DNA of 64,000 nucleotides from Camelus dromedarius (Eukaryota), in the NCBI RefSeq assembly GCF_036321535.1, contig NC_087437.1:84384001-84448000 (forward strand), read 5' to 3'. Positions within the stretch are counted from its first letter, which is position 1. Each line of letters begins with the position of its first letter. Positions 1-12,797 of this stretch are shown here, piece by piece. Position numbers and translations under genes: made by a program. The notes under the pieces are model-generated. The model did not search any database, had not been told where the DNA came from, and saw only the letters and a list, made by a program, of their open reading frames with translations.

Positions 1-677
1 TTATCTTTTAGGTCAAATTTATTTTTATTAGCTTTTTTTCATAGAAGATAATTTAATAGTTACATTTTTCAACTGTAAAAATGTATATAGTTGCCATTTT
101 TCCGTTTGTTACAGATTATTAAATACTTGTGTCATTAGAACTTTAAGTGTGATATATGAATAATTATTATTACATATTGTGCCTATTCTGAACTGTTATG
201 AAAATGGTCTTTTGCTATTTGGGGAACTAAACTCCACTACAGAGTCCATGTGAGACTCCTCTATTATTTCAGTGTTAAATTCCATTTATGGTTCATGGTA
301 TAGAAGTATGATGAGGTTCATAGCATTTGGAATTCAATTGTATTTGCTCTTTTCAGAAAAAAAATTTCTAAATAGGAAAAAAGCAAACATAAGCACTAGG
401 TTGACTTAGATTAGCATTAATATACAGTCAGTGACTATTCTTTTGCTTGTTCTTGATTTATTTAGGATCATGGTTTGAAATATATAAGAAATGGGAAGTA
501 TATTCATGCTTATTTTTGAGTGTTTTTATCCATTGGAAAAAAATAAGAAATGTTCTTGTTTATAGAGAATATGTACAATTTTAAATAAATATTAAGGTTA
601 TATATTATCTAAAATAAATCTATATATTAATACTACCTAATAGAACTTATGGCAATACTAAAAATGTTGTGTATCCT

Positions 678-810
678 TGCTGTTCAGTAAAATAGCCACT
701 TGCCACATTCACATGTACCTTCTGAGTGTTTGTGACTGGTGTGACTAGGGTAGTGAATTTTTAGTTTTTGTTAATTTTAAAAATATAAAAGTAAGTAGCC
801 ATGTGTGGGA
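678..810. mobile_element. MER3-like hAT-Charlie DNA transposon remnant
   Basis: 'tgctgttcagtaaaatagccacttgccac...gtgactagggtagtgaattttt...agtagccatgtgtgg' follows the recalled MER3 consensus. Confidence 0.6.
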
Positions 811-1704
811 TTGGCGTGTGTGTGTGTATCCTAGTTTTATTTTCAGTACTTCCACTTCCACGTTGAAAATAGGGGGAAACAAGAAAGGGATTTGAAAACC
901 ATGTAAACATCGAGTGGACACAGTACAACTTTCTACAAGAACAGCTCGATTTTACTATAGAAATTCTGTCACACAGTCATGTTTACCAACAAAAATGAAG
1001 CTCTTTCTGAACAATAACTTTGCTACTGCATGTGTTTACGCAGTCTTTAAAACTAGCCTGATATGTTGTGCCTTTTTCATATTACATTGATTTGGTCAGA
1101 AGACATTAAAAGTAGTCACTCTGATAAAAATGTTAATATTATTAAAATTATTTCAATTCTGAGTAGAATTGCTTTCATAATATGCCTGATCTTGGACGCT
1201 ACAATTTTAAAAATTGTTCAGGACCTGCCATCAACTCTGCTGTGCCCACTATGTCTATTACACTGCCCTGGGTTCCACAAAATTACAGTGACCTGAGAGA
1301 CTCATAACAGTAGTGGAGGTTCCAAAACTAATATCCTTACCCAGAGATTTGTCAAAGAAGCAGCAAGATTTTTTCATTTAGATGCTAGTATTTGTCTCTG
1401 TTTTTGTTGTTGTTATTGTTTGTTTTCTTTTTGACTTCAATTTACACATAAAAACATTGTCAGGCTCTCATTTTTATTTTAGCAGATTTTTTAAAATATG
1501 AGGGTTCACAGGAAAGCTGGCGAATCTGTTTACCATTGTTTTATTTATATTGTCCTAAAGTCTGTCACTTGATAATATCCTGTAACTTTAATTTGTCATA
1601 AGCACCAAACTAAAAAAAAAGAGAATCCGTTAAAAATGGCATCATCTTCTAATGAAATCTTGAAGTATGATAAAATAAAAAGCATTAATTTTTATATTAC
1701 TTAG

Positions 1705-1978
1705 CCGACAGTTATGTAGTATTTACCATGTGCTAGACACTGTTCCAAGTACAAATATTAATTTCAGAAAATAATTTTAAATACTAATTATGAATGGGAA
1801 TTCAATTAATCTTCAAAAGAACACTCTGCAGTAGTTGCTATTATTATCCTCATTTTATAGATTAGAAAGTGGAAGCACAGAACTTGCCCGTAGTCACCCA
1901 TGCAGTAAGTGGTAAAGCAGAGATGTGAACCCACACGGTCTGGCTCCAAAAGCTGTGCCTTTCACTGCTGTGCTGCCT
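1705..1978 (-). mobile_element. MIR SINE
   Basis: Reverse-complement MIR core 'attattatcctcattttatagattagaaagtggaagcacag...agtaagtggtaaagcagagatgtgaacccac'. Confidence 0.8.
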
Positions 1979-2264
1979 CTCTTGTATCTCTGAATGTTGA
2001 CCCAAATAAACACAACCATGCATGTATATAGTTAGCATACATCTGTGTATCTTTCTAGTAAATTTTTTCTAATTCTATGAAATTAAGCTTAGGTCATGGA
2101 ATCTTTTCAGTGAATCTTCTTCGAAACTGTGACTAAATCCAAATGACCTCATTCTCCATTCTCATGGCCCAACATTTATACATTTGTTACTCTTGTAGCA
2201 TCCTTTTTCTTTTGTTTTACTTAGCTCTTTCTTTTAAATGGTACCTTTCTCCCAATGCTCCTAG

Positions 2265-2755
2265 CTCATGTTTATTCAGCAATTATGTTACGCATTCCAT
2301 GCAGAGCATCTTTTCAAGGCACTGTGTATGAGAGTGAGGAACAAAACAGACTAAAGTGTGCTTACACAGAATTTACATTCTAGTGTTCACACACATAAAA
2401 TGCTTATCATGTGTCTCACACTGTTCTAGATACAACATACATGCCAGGTCATTTAATATTCACAGCCCTATGAGGCAGGTACTCTTATTGTACCCACTTT
2501 ACAAATGACGAAGCCAAAACATATAGAATATATACTAATAAGACGCAGAGCAGTGATTCTTACTTTTATAAAGAGGTTCTATCTGTTCTTTGTAATGCAG
2601 GCAGGAGTATAAGCAGAGAGAAGAAATAGGAGGTTTAGGCAGTAATTCTGGAGGGAGACAATAGTGGTTGGTCCTAGGGTGGTGACAGGGAGGGATAAGT
2701 GAATGGATTTTCCATACATTTTGAAGGTAAATGGATAGGACTTCTTAATGATTTG
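2265..2755 (-). mobile_element. L2 3' fragments interrupted by a MIR fragment (~2400-2530)
   Basis: L2-tail-like 'tttattcagcaattatgtt...gaacaaaacagac...tttacattctagtg' and 'ctagggtggtgacagg...tacattttgaaggta'; MIR-like 'ccctatgaggcaggtactcttattgtacccactttacaaatga'. Confidence 0.6.
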
Positions 2756-2971
2756 GGTCGTGGCTCATACTATCTTGTTGGTGGTGAGAAATGACTTAAG
2801 TGCTCAATTATACATGTAACAAGTTTACATTACTTTAAAAGCCTATTCAAACCATAAATTGAGCTGTTGAAGACTTTGAAGCAATATTTCTACTTTTGAA
2901 CTATGTCTTTTCAGAAGGGGAAGTCATTTTGTGCATTCTTAAATCATACCTAGATTTTTGCCCCCATTCTT

Positions 2972-3150
2972 ATAGTAATAGTATTGTATCAATATTGGTT
3001 CATCAATTATAATAAATGTACCACAGTAATGCAAAATGTTAGTAATAGGAGAAACTATGTTCTGGGGAAGAGGATAAATAGAAACTCTCTGTACTTTCTG
3101 TATAATTTTTCTGTAAGCCTAAAACTGCTCTAGAAAACAAAATCTGTTTT
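2972..3150 (+). mobile_element. L1MC-type LINE-1 3' end
   Basis: 'aatattggttcatcaattataataaatgtaccacagtaatgcaaaatgtt...aactctctgtactttctg...ctaaaactgctcta'. Confidence 0.75.
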
Positions 3151-4589
3151 TAAAGATGGCATCTTTGTCTCTGGGAAATATTCTTCCATTATTTAGATTC
3201 AGTCTCATTTTTGTTTCCTATCCTTGGTATATTTTTATATAGATCTACACCTCCTGGTTTAACTTTTCCATGTCTATTACTCCTTTTCCTATTTGTTCAT
3301 ATTTTGATGAAGTTTTTGGCTCAACTTACTATTTGAAAAAATTAGTAATATTATTCTAATTCTGATTACTCTGTTTTAATAACAGTTGTTTTTGTTGTAT
3401 GCAGCAATATTTTTTTTGATATCTATAAGTAATCTATGGGTCTTCAGTTTCAAATAACAGAAACCTATTTACACTGATTTAAGCAGAAAAAGAGAATAAC
3501 ACTCATTAGCTATTGCTAGTTCAACCTTGGTCAAAGGGACAGATTTTAACAAATCACCATTGCCAGAAGGATACAAAATTCTCCTCATTCGTAACTGGTT
3601 CACATGTTTACCCCTACTATCAGGGGATAGATTAATCACTATGAGATCCATGCAAATTGAAAGCGGTAGAGGGTGGTTCTTGAAGAAGAAAAAAATGGAT
3701 GCTGGTCAGACAAAAACAGTTTATTAGAAGGATAACTATAACACTACTTCAAAATATCTCTGTTCTCCAAGGTCAGCTGTTTTGTTCAATTAACCTATTC
3801 TTTTTAGGGGCAGAGTAGGGAAGTAGAGAATTATTTCCCTTAAAAAGTTAGTTATCTTTTCTTCTCTTTATATTTATAAATGAAAGAATGATTAATTAAT
3901 AAAATTAGCTAATGTGGATCTTCTCTTTATATCATAATGTTCTTTGCATATCAAGTCTCTTTTCTCCTTGGAAAGTTGACTGAAAGTTTATACTTCCAGC
4001 AGGGACAGTCAGGCTACTTAGACTTCAGTCCATTCCCTTGTCAGAATAATTAATTCTTTACTCTGAGAGAAACAAAACTCATTTTAGGAGCCGTTTTCCT
4101 CTTCAGAAATGCAGCCCTCTTTCTTTAGAGGTGGGCTCTTGAGTTTGTCCTGGGTCATGTATTACTGTCTTTGGTCACTCTGGGCACAGGGTAGTCTTTC
4201 TTGGGAGCCCCACAGGAAGAACACCTCTCATCTCTACTCCAAACTTCTATGGATGCTTCATACTGCGTGTAACATATATTAAAATTGATGTTTTGACAGT
4301 GAGCAGACACCAAGATACAGCAAAGCCAGATTATTATGCACATTTACAAAGGAACTTTACATGAATCCGCTCCATGTTCCCTAGCTCCACCTATTAGAAA
4401 AAAGATTGGGGCTTAAAGGAGGAGGATTATAAAGAAACTTCTGTGAAAATATCTGCTGTCTTGCTGCAAAAATAAAAGGGTGATACAAGCTGAGAGAGTT
4501 CCGTCAGACCAATTTAAGCTCAAAATGTATATGCTACATGTGGGAGACATAGACGGCTGATGCATGATTCATTCCTGATATTCCATTTT

Positions 4590-4935
4590 TTATAGCTTGT
4601 ACCTTAGTGGCAAAAAAACACACATTTCATTATACTCAGGACTCAGTGGGGTAGGAATTCAGAGAGGGGACAGCACGAATAGGACTCATCTCTGTTTCAT
4701 AATATCTGAGGCCTCAGCTCAGAAGATGCAACAAATGTGGATGACTCAAGGCATCTTCCCTCACACTGATACTGGCCGGTACCTCAGCCAGGGCTGTCAG
4801 TCAGAACTTGTACAATTGACCCCTCCTATGTGTTCTAGGCTTCTTCTGAGAACATAGGCCCTACAACTCAGGGAGAAGAATATAAACATCACATAGTAAG
4901 AAGAGCTGGAAGATCTTGTTGTGCCATTTTAGAAA
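4590..4935 (-). mobile_element. MLT1 (ERVL-MaLR) LTR remnant
   Basis: 'ggaattcagagaggggacagc...tctctgtttcataatatctgaggcctcagct...acctcagccagggctgtcagtcagaac' resembles antisense MLT1. Confidence 0.6.
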
Positions 4936-5115
4936 GGCTAACTAATCTGTAAAAATAAGATAGGGATGCCACAATGGGAGCAGCCTGAACCTCAATTTGT
5001 TGGGCAACGAATGAGTGGGACACACAAGAATGAATATTTCATCAGGTCATTTTGAATTCAGTTTCATAGGGACAGTAAAAGGCTGAGGAACTCCTGTAGT
5101 AAAAAACAGGAGATA

Positions 5116-6180
5116 CATCATCAGGAAAATGCAAATTAACACAACAAGTTACCACTACACATGTATCAGAATGGCCAAAATCCGAAACACCAACATCACC
5201 AAATGCTGGTAAGGATGTAGAGCAACAGGACTTCTCATTCACTGCTGGTGGGTATGCAAAATGGTACATTTTGGAAGACAGTTTGGTGGTTTCCTACAAA
5301 ATTAAGCATACTCTTACCATACAAGCTAGAAATAGTACTCCTTGGTGTTTTACTCAAAGGTATTAAGTCTTTATCCACACAAAAACCCCACACACAGATG
5401 TTTATAGCTGCTTTATTCATAATTGCCAAAACTGAGAAACAATCAAGATTTCCTGGGGGGAGGGTATAGTTCAAGTGGTAGAATGTATACTTAGCATACC
5501 CAAGGCCCTAGGTTCAATCCCCAGTATTTCCTCTAAAAATAAATAAATAAATCTAATTATCTACCCCCACAAAAATTTAAAAATTAAAAAAAAAATTTCC
5601 TTAAGTAGATGAATGTAGAAACAGTGATACATCCATACATTCAGAGTATTATTCAGTACTAAAAAATAAAGAGCTGTTAAGTCATGAAAAAACATGGATG
5701 AACCTTAAGTGCACATTACTAAGTGAAAGAATCCAATCTGAAAAGGCTCTATGCTGCATAATCCCAACCATATGTCATGCTGGAAAAGGCAAAACTATGG
5801 AGACAACAAAAAGATCAGTGGTTTCCAAGGATTAGGGGGTGGGGAGGGATGAATAGTGGGGGCTCAGAGGATATTTAGGGCAGTGAAAACACTCCATATG
5901 ATACTATAATGATGGATACATGCCATTAAATATTTATCCAAACCCATAGAATGTACAATACCAAGAGTGAATCACAATGTAAACTGTGGACTTTGGGGGA
6001 TAATGATTATCAGTGTAGGTCCATCAGTTGTAACAAATATTACTGTAGTGGGGGACACTGATAATGGGGGAGGCTATACAAGTTTGAGGGTAGTACGTAT
6101 ATGGGAAATCTCTGTACCTTCCTCTCAATTTTGTTGTGAACTTAAAACTACTCTTAAAGAATAAAGTCCTTAAAAAAAAT
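5116..6180 (+). mobile_element. L1MC/L1MB-type LINE-1 3' end (ORF2 C-terminus + 3'UTR), interrupted by a SINE
   Basis: ORF 5248-5469 resembles the ORF2p C-terminus (HTQMFIAALFIIAK); ends in 'ttgttgtgaacttaaaactactcttaaagaataaagtc' + A tract; A-tract-GAGATA on both flanks (5110-5115, 6181-6186) is TSD-like. Confidence 0.85.
5455..5594 (+). mobile_element. tRNA-derived SINE (camelid Vic-1-like)
   Basis: GGGGAGGGTATAGTTCAAGTGG (A box), GGTTCAATCC (B box), 'aaataaataaatctaattatctaccccc' tail, A-rich end; TSD ATTTCCT at 5448-5454 and 5595-5601. Confidence 0.85.
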
Positions 6181-6186
6181 GAGATA

Positions 6187-6835
6187 AACACTAGGTTTGT
6201 AGAGAATGTGGAATGAGTCACAAGTGTATTCCAATAGAATAGAGATGCATCTTCTCAGTTCAAAGGAGCTGCATGAGAAAGATTGCCACAGATGAAAATA
6301 TCTGAAAATTTTACAGTAGCAGCTCATGAGGAAGAAAAAGAAAGTCAGTGTTAAACCCCTGCCAGAACCAGAAACAAAGAAGCCCCATACAATTCAAGTA
6401 AAATTCTTTGTATTGCCTTGTATCTTTTCCCTCCCCTGGTGGACCAAACCACAGCTAGAGTGGAAAGCCTTGAACTTAAAGAGAAAGCAGAGATCAACTA
6501 TATCATTGCACTTGAAAGCAGGTAGCCTCCTCCAGGGTTAACATAGAAGTAGAGTGGGAGGAGGAAAGAAATGTTTTAAGAACTCATACTCCTGAATTAG
6601 TGTTTAGTTAGCATTTTGATAGATATTCTGTATTCTAAATTAAGTCTTTGATTATGAAGCTAAGTGACCATCCATTGCCTGAAACAGAATACTCATGGGA
6701 TATGTCCATATTTATACACAAGGGTGGGGAAGAGTTCCTTCCCCACTGAGAAAATGTTAAGGGACAGGAGGAAATCAGACTAGATTTTCAATTAGATGAC
6801 ATCCTGTGAGTCATATGTTTAACACGCTAGTTACA
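6187..6835 (+). mobile_element. Ancient LTR remnant (LTR78-like); its 5' part probably lies at ~4935-5115, split by the L1
   Basis: Terminal 'gtgagtcatatgtttaacacgctagttaca' and 'aaagtcagtgttaaacccctgccagaaccaga' resemble recalled LTR78. Confidence 0.4.
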
Positions 6836-8559
6836 TGTGGCTTGATTTGATCTGTTCTTTCAGTCTTCCAGAAATCAATCCATATTTCTATCAAGTTAAT
6901 GCTGGTAAAAGTAATTCTGTGAAATTACACCATTTTATTCTTCACTACTAGTGAGGACAGAACATGCATCCTCAGATGAACCTCAATTCCAAAGAAATAC
7001 CCAGTCAGATTAGTAGAAAATATTGAACACCAGACTTGCCAACTGATTTTGTTTCAAGCTGCTGTGAAATCTTTTTCAAAAATTAGATTTCTGCTCTCAT
7101 CTTACTAATTTTCTTTTGAAATCTTTACCTCATACACTACATCCTTCTAGATTTGGTAACTCCTTGCCTGACAACGATAACTTATTATGGAGGGTAGCTG
7201 GCTCACATGTATTCAAGACATCACTTTATATCAGAATTGATTTAGGAGATATGAAATGGACTTTGATAAGCCCTTGACACTGCAACTGAGGTTGTACAAG
7301 CTATATATACACTGTTGTTCAGACTTACAGGTGCACAGGTATGATATTATCCTGTTGAAGAAGTAGAGTGGTATTCCTCAAGGGGTAACTGGACAACAAT
7401 AGAAGCATTGGGAGACTATCCAAAGCAGTCTAAAAATTACCACTTCTGGGGATTCACAAAGCTGATTTGCAAAATGAAATTTCCCAACTGCTCAAGTGAG
7501 TCATTTGGCATTTGTGGGAATGCTTTGAATTTAATAGAAAACAACAACAACCCCATTAATAGTGCATCAATAAAATAAGTTAAAATACTAATTAAATAGT
7601 CCCATAAATTAATAGTTTTTGAAATGTTAATTTGCATTTTAAGGGTAGGTAAGTTTGTTGATATTTAATAAAAGGGAAGTATGACTAAGTAAGAACATTT
7701 GTGGGTGTGTGAGATGGCAAGAATGCTGGATATACTCCTAAAGGAGAATTCTAATAGGATTACTTATCAAAAAACATTTACTTGTAGATAAACTTATGCT
7801 GTTCTTAATAACTGATAAAACCCTTATATTCAAATGTGAACCAAAGATGTGATTCTTCTCTCAAAGTTTAGAAGATAAACATATTAATATGGATAGCAGA
7901 TCTTCAAGATAAATAGGCAAAGGAAGTACTGATATGACTAAAGGTATTACTGCTTGCTGGGGAGTTGTGTAAAATATGACAGAGTTACTCTTAAAATACT
8001 GATATAACAAAAGCTCTCTGGGATATACAACACAATTATACTTCATGTATATTTCCAGCTTTATACCAGAGAAAGCATTCAGATAAACCTAGCAAAATAT
8101 GGTAAATAAAAACCATATGTGGAAAAAAGGGTTCATCTATCTATTTTTAATATGTGTATATATGCTTAATATATTTTTTCAATGATATTTTTATGTCCAC
8201 TAATAATTATCTTGACAATCTTGTTGCAATTGGAAATAATTTGTGAATAGTGAAGATGCAAATTAAGAAAAATATAATGACAAAGAAAAAATATGATTAA
8301 TTTGTTTCATTCCACTGTATAAAAAAAGCGATATTGGGGTTCTTTAAAGTGAAAGTAAACAGAATATAATCTCTTAGTTTCAAAATATAATGGATAAATT
8401 AATATTTACTGGGTTGTTCAGAGTGAAACTTGTGGGTGGGGGGTACATCTAAATCATAAATTTACACACTTGAAAAGATTCAAAATTATTTATCGAAGGA
8501 TGTTTTGTTGTGATGTGTATCCTGTAAAGCATTCCCATGAGATGAGTTTTCATAAATGT

Positions 8560-10024
8560 GAAAATATTGGTGGAACCTCTTTTGGTACATAATATCCAAA
8601 GATGACTGCTATCAAGTCCTTCCTCCTGGAATACCCATGATCTTCCTCACATCAAAAGGTGGGGTTTAATTTCCTATCCTCTTGAATCTATGTAGTAACT
8701 TGTTTGAACTATTAGAATGGAGTAAAAATGACATCTCAAAACATAGGCGGCTAGGTCGTATAGAGAAGCCTTCCTGCAAAAACTGGATAGCAGCATGTAA
8801 ATCAATGAAGTTAGAACACTCCTTCACATCAAACACAAATATAAACTCAAAATGGCTTAAAGAGAAGACATGATAAGACAAGACATGATAAATCTCCTAG
8901 AAGAAAACATAGGCAAAACATTGTCTGACATAAATTTTAGCAATATTCTCCTAGGGCATTTTACCCAGGCAAAAGAAGTAAGAGCAACAATAAACAAATG
9001 GGACCTAATTAAATGTACAAGCTTTTGCACAGCAAAGGAAACTGTAAGCAAAACAAAATGACATTCTATGGAATGGGAGAAAATATTTACAAATGATGCA
9101 CTAAAAACGCTTAATCTCCAGAATATATAAACAGCTAATACAACTTAACAACAACAACAAAAAAACAAACAACCCAATCCCAAAATGAGCAGAGGACCTA
9201 AACAAGTAATTCTCCAGTGAAGACATACAAATGGCCAATAGGCACATGAAAAAATGCTCAATATCACTAATTGTCAGAGAAATGCCAATCAAAACTACAA
9301 TGAGGTATTCCCTCACACCAGTCAGAATGGCCATCATTCAAAAGTCCACAAACAATAAATACTGGAGAGGGTGTCGAGAAAAGGGAATCCGTTTACACTG
9401 TTGGTGGGAATGTAGCTTGGTGCAGCCATTATGGAAATCAGTATGGAGATTCCTCATAAACTAAAAATAGACCTACCACATGATCCAGCAATCCTACTTC
9501 TGGGTATATATCCAGAGGGAACTCAAATTTGAAAAGATACATGCATCCTAATAGTCATAGCAGCACTGTATACAACAGCCAAGACATGGAAACAACCTAA
9601 ATGTTCATCAACAAATGCTTCGATAAAGAAGCTGTGGTATATTTATACAATGAAATACTACTCAGCCATAGAAAATAATGAAATAATGTTATCTGCAGCC
9701 ACATGCATGGACCTAGAGATCATCATTCTAAGTGAAGTAAGCCAGAAAGAGAGAGAAAAATACCACATGGTATCATTCATATGTGGAATCTAAAAAAAAA
9801 AAAAAAAGAAGAAGAAAAAGAAAGAAAAAGGACACTATGAATTCCTGAGATACCCTGAGACAAAATTGCCCACCTGATCCCAGTCAATCCATAGAAACAT
9901 AGATAATATTAAACAATAACCATAGATAAAACTGTTTCAGTGAGTTGAAACATAATAATAAGTTGTTGTTTTAAAATCACTAATTTTTTGGCAGGTTATT
10001 ATGCAGCAATAGAAAACTGGAACA
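8560..10024 (+). mobile_element. MLT1 LTR split by a younger L1 (MLT parts ~8560-8777 and ~9842-10024)
   Basis: 5' part 'catcaaaaggtggggtttaatttcctatcctcttgaatct'; canonical MLT1 3' end 'gttgttgttttaaaatcactaa...ttatgcagcaatagaaaactggaaca'. Confidence 0.75.
8778..9841 (+). mobile_element. Young lineage-specific L1 fragment: degenerate ORF2 C-terminus and start of 3'UTR
   Basis: ORFs give LLEENIGKTLSDIN, TINKWDLIK, and [13 protein letters not shown]...[20 protein letters not shown] (ORF2p cysteine-rich domain); frameshifted. Confidence 0.95.
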
Positions 10025-10821
10025 ATTCTCGATGAGCATTGTTTGGTATCTAAGGCATGTGATTTTTTTCTCAAAACACTTAACAAACTGATGTAAAATT
10101 GAGGTAGGTTTTTGATCAAACATGACACACACAGCCTACCATGCCACTACAAACCCAGGCCACATGGAGGGGCCATTGTAGGTGTGTATTCAGTTGGAGT
10201 CAGGTGATGCTGCTTTCCTAACTTTACAAATCACAGGCACAAACACACAAACATATGTTTTTCAGTTTATAAACTTTAGGGAGGAATTAAAGCTTTATTA
10301 ATTAATAAATTGCTTCTCTTCATGAATCAGGAACATATACTGAACTAGATACTAGTCAGAGTGCTAGTGTAGAAGCCAGAGCTGTTAGCATTTAGGTCTT
10401 AAAACACCAACCTATTTTAGAAAATGTAGCAAAAGAGGTAAGAGCGATTCTCACTGTTTTTAAAGCATCTGGACAAATAGAATTGCTCATCCTTACAACT
10501 TAAAATACAACTATGTCAATGACTCTGAAGAAAGATACATGTTCTGCTACATTTTAAAGATTTTATTTGAGTTTGGGACTATGTTTATTTATACCAGAGA
10601 AAATGCCAACAGAATATTTTCACTTCATGGTGAGACTTTTGACTGCTGTATTTTTTAAGGTTTTATTTCTAAATTTTGCCAAACTAAAATTTAAACCCTT
10701 TCAAATTTCTTACATTCTTTTTTCTCCTTCCCTTTCATTTTCTTCTCTTCCTTTCTCCTTTCCTCATTTTCTGATTTGTCACCATTATTTGTATTTCATC
10801 TTTTACTTTTTTGCATAAGTA

Positions 10822-10995
10822 AAGTACTAGGATTCAGGTGACTTGGTTTCTAATCTAAATTCTGCAAGTAACTAGCTATGTAATCTTGGTTAGATCACTT
10901 ACAATCTAGAGGACCAAATTAATCTCTTTGAAACTTCAGGGGATTAAAATAGGTTATCTTTCTAACCCTATCTACTCTAAAAATTACATAATTCA
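10822..10995 (+). mobile_element. MIR3/MIRc-like SINE
   Basis: 'gacttggtttctaatctaaattctgcaagtaactagctatgtaatcttggttagatcactta'. Confidence 0.6.
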
Positions 10996-11389
10996 AAAAC
11001 ATGTAAAACAAGGCAATTACAAGGTAAACATCAAAAGCTAATTTGAAAAGATAAAAAATGAATCAGGCTCTTAGTATGAGTTACTTACTGCAATGAACTA
11101 AAGTCAGAATGAAAAAGCAAATTACTTTAGGCTATCTAGTTCTCATAATACAATAAAAGAGAACATAAAATCTCTCTATGGAAATAAACTTACTTGTTGT
11201 CATTGACTTCTAGGAGAAATAAACATGCTTCCCATGTTTAAGGGATATTGGATAACATAATTGAATCTGTATTTAGTTAGAGTATGAAGTGACCTGTCTC
11301 TGTATTCCCATAGCACCATACACATATTGCCACCCATGCATATACCAATTTGTATATTTATTTGTTTTAATAATTTATTGCTCATTTGT

Positions 11390-11510
11390 CTAATTAAACT
11401 GAAATTTCTTAGGAGCATCTGACCTTGACTTGTTTGATTTTTTTTTATTCCCAGCCCCTACACAGTGTAGAGGGCATTCAACTGGCCCTCAATAAGTTTT
11501 TGTAGGATAA
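11390..11510 (+). mobile_element. L2 3' end
   Basis: 'attcccagcccctacacagtgtagagggcattcaactggccctcaataagtttttgtagga'. Confidence 0.55.
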
Positions 11511-12797
11511 AGAGGTACAGAATCGATCTTCAAAAGGATATTTCTTTCATCATCACATAGAAGATATCAAAGCCATATGATTAAACTATAATTAAGAAGT
11601 GCATGACTGTATAACTCTAATAAGACAGTCAGGTAAGCAGCTTTGTGTTGAGCCAGCAATATCTTTATAAAGATCCTAGCACAGTACAAAGAAAGAAAAA
11701 GTGCTCCTTAAGGAGCATTTTTACCAATAATCGATATTCCATGGGAGTTTGACAAGTACCAGTTTTCACTCAGTCCAATATTATAATTGACATTAGTCAT
11801 TAGTGTGCCATATTTTACTTTATTGACTCTTAGTATGATTCCAATAAGATTAGGTGGTAGAGATAACATCTTACCATGTCAATTTAGGAGTCTGATGTAT
11901 AATCTTCCAAGTGGAGGCCTGTCCTATTCTTTATGGCATTAGATTAGAAGGGTTCTCGAAGTAGAAATTTTTCACAGACAGTAGTTTAAAACACTTTAAA
12001 GCATGTAATAAATAGTGGATTGAGATATGTTTGGATCATATACAGAAAGTTGAGTAAATGTCATCAATTGGCCACAGCTTGTTAAACTGTGCCTTCCATA
12101 GAAAATCTAATTACACAGAGGCCTTCAAAGATATAAGCTGCAACCCTCTGTCTCCATCTCTCCCACCTCCAGTCACTGAAAGAGCTGATACATGGATAAG
12201 ATTATTCAATATTTAAGTTTAAGAATGTTGACAATACTTTAAGATTTTAAGTATAATATTGGTGATGCTATGTGAATGTTTTGGATAGTGGTTAGCCAAT
12301 CCTTTTGGCTACTTTTTAGGGGGAAATATATAGCAACGTGATCTCCCAATTCTAGATTTCCTATGGAAGTAGCATTGGCAGAATTCTGAAATTTAAGTTT
12401 CTGAAAATTATTTTCAGCTAATGGATTTTTGGAATATGGAGTATGGTTTCTTGGTTCTAGAGATCTGCTGGCTCCCTGTGCTTGTTAGTGGAGTAAACAA
12501 CCCTCTTATAGATAAAGGGTATAGAATATATATCCAGCAGACTTGTCGGCAAGTTTCTTCAGGATTGAGAAGAATATGTGCTTGTTATTTAAGCCAAACA
12601 TTTCAGAATTTGACTTTCATAACAACTGATATTAGTATAATTGCCTTTACCCTTGTTCCTGGTTGCTCAAAGATTGGATGTAAATAAGATATTAAATCTT
12701 ACATATAGAAGTTCATATTATAAAGCCTTAATTATTGTAGACAGGGGTTGAAAAATCAGAAGTGGAGGTTTAGAATGTCACATTTTTTACTCTGGCT

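Noticed and set aside
5455..5530. tRNA-like sequence (also 45966-46040)
   Set aside because: Followed by a SINE-specific tail and A-rich end, with a TSD on the first copy and degenerate stems; these are SINEs, not tRNA genes
7245..7285. 'atggactttgataagcccttgacac' resembling the non-LTR RT motif DFSKAFD
   Set aside because: Needs an indel and the flanks do not extend the similarity; cannot be supported without an HMM search
11702..11717. Perfect 16-bp palindrome TGCTCCTTAAGGAGCA
   Set aside because: About one 8-bp-arm palindrome is expected by chance in 64 kb
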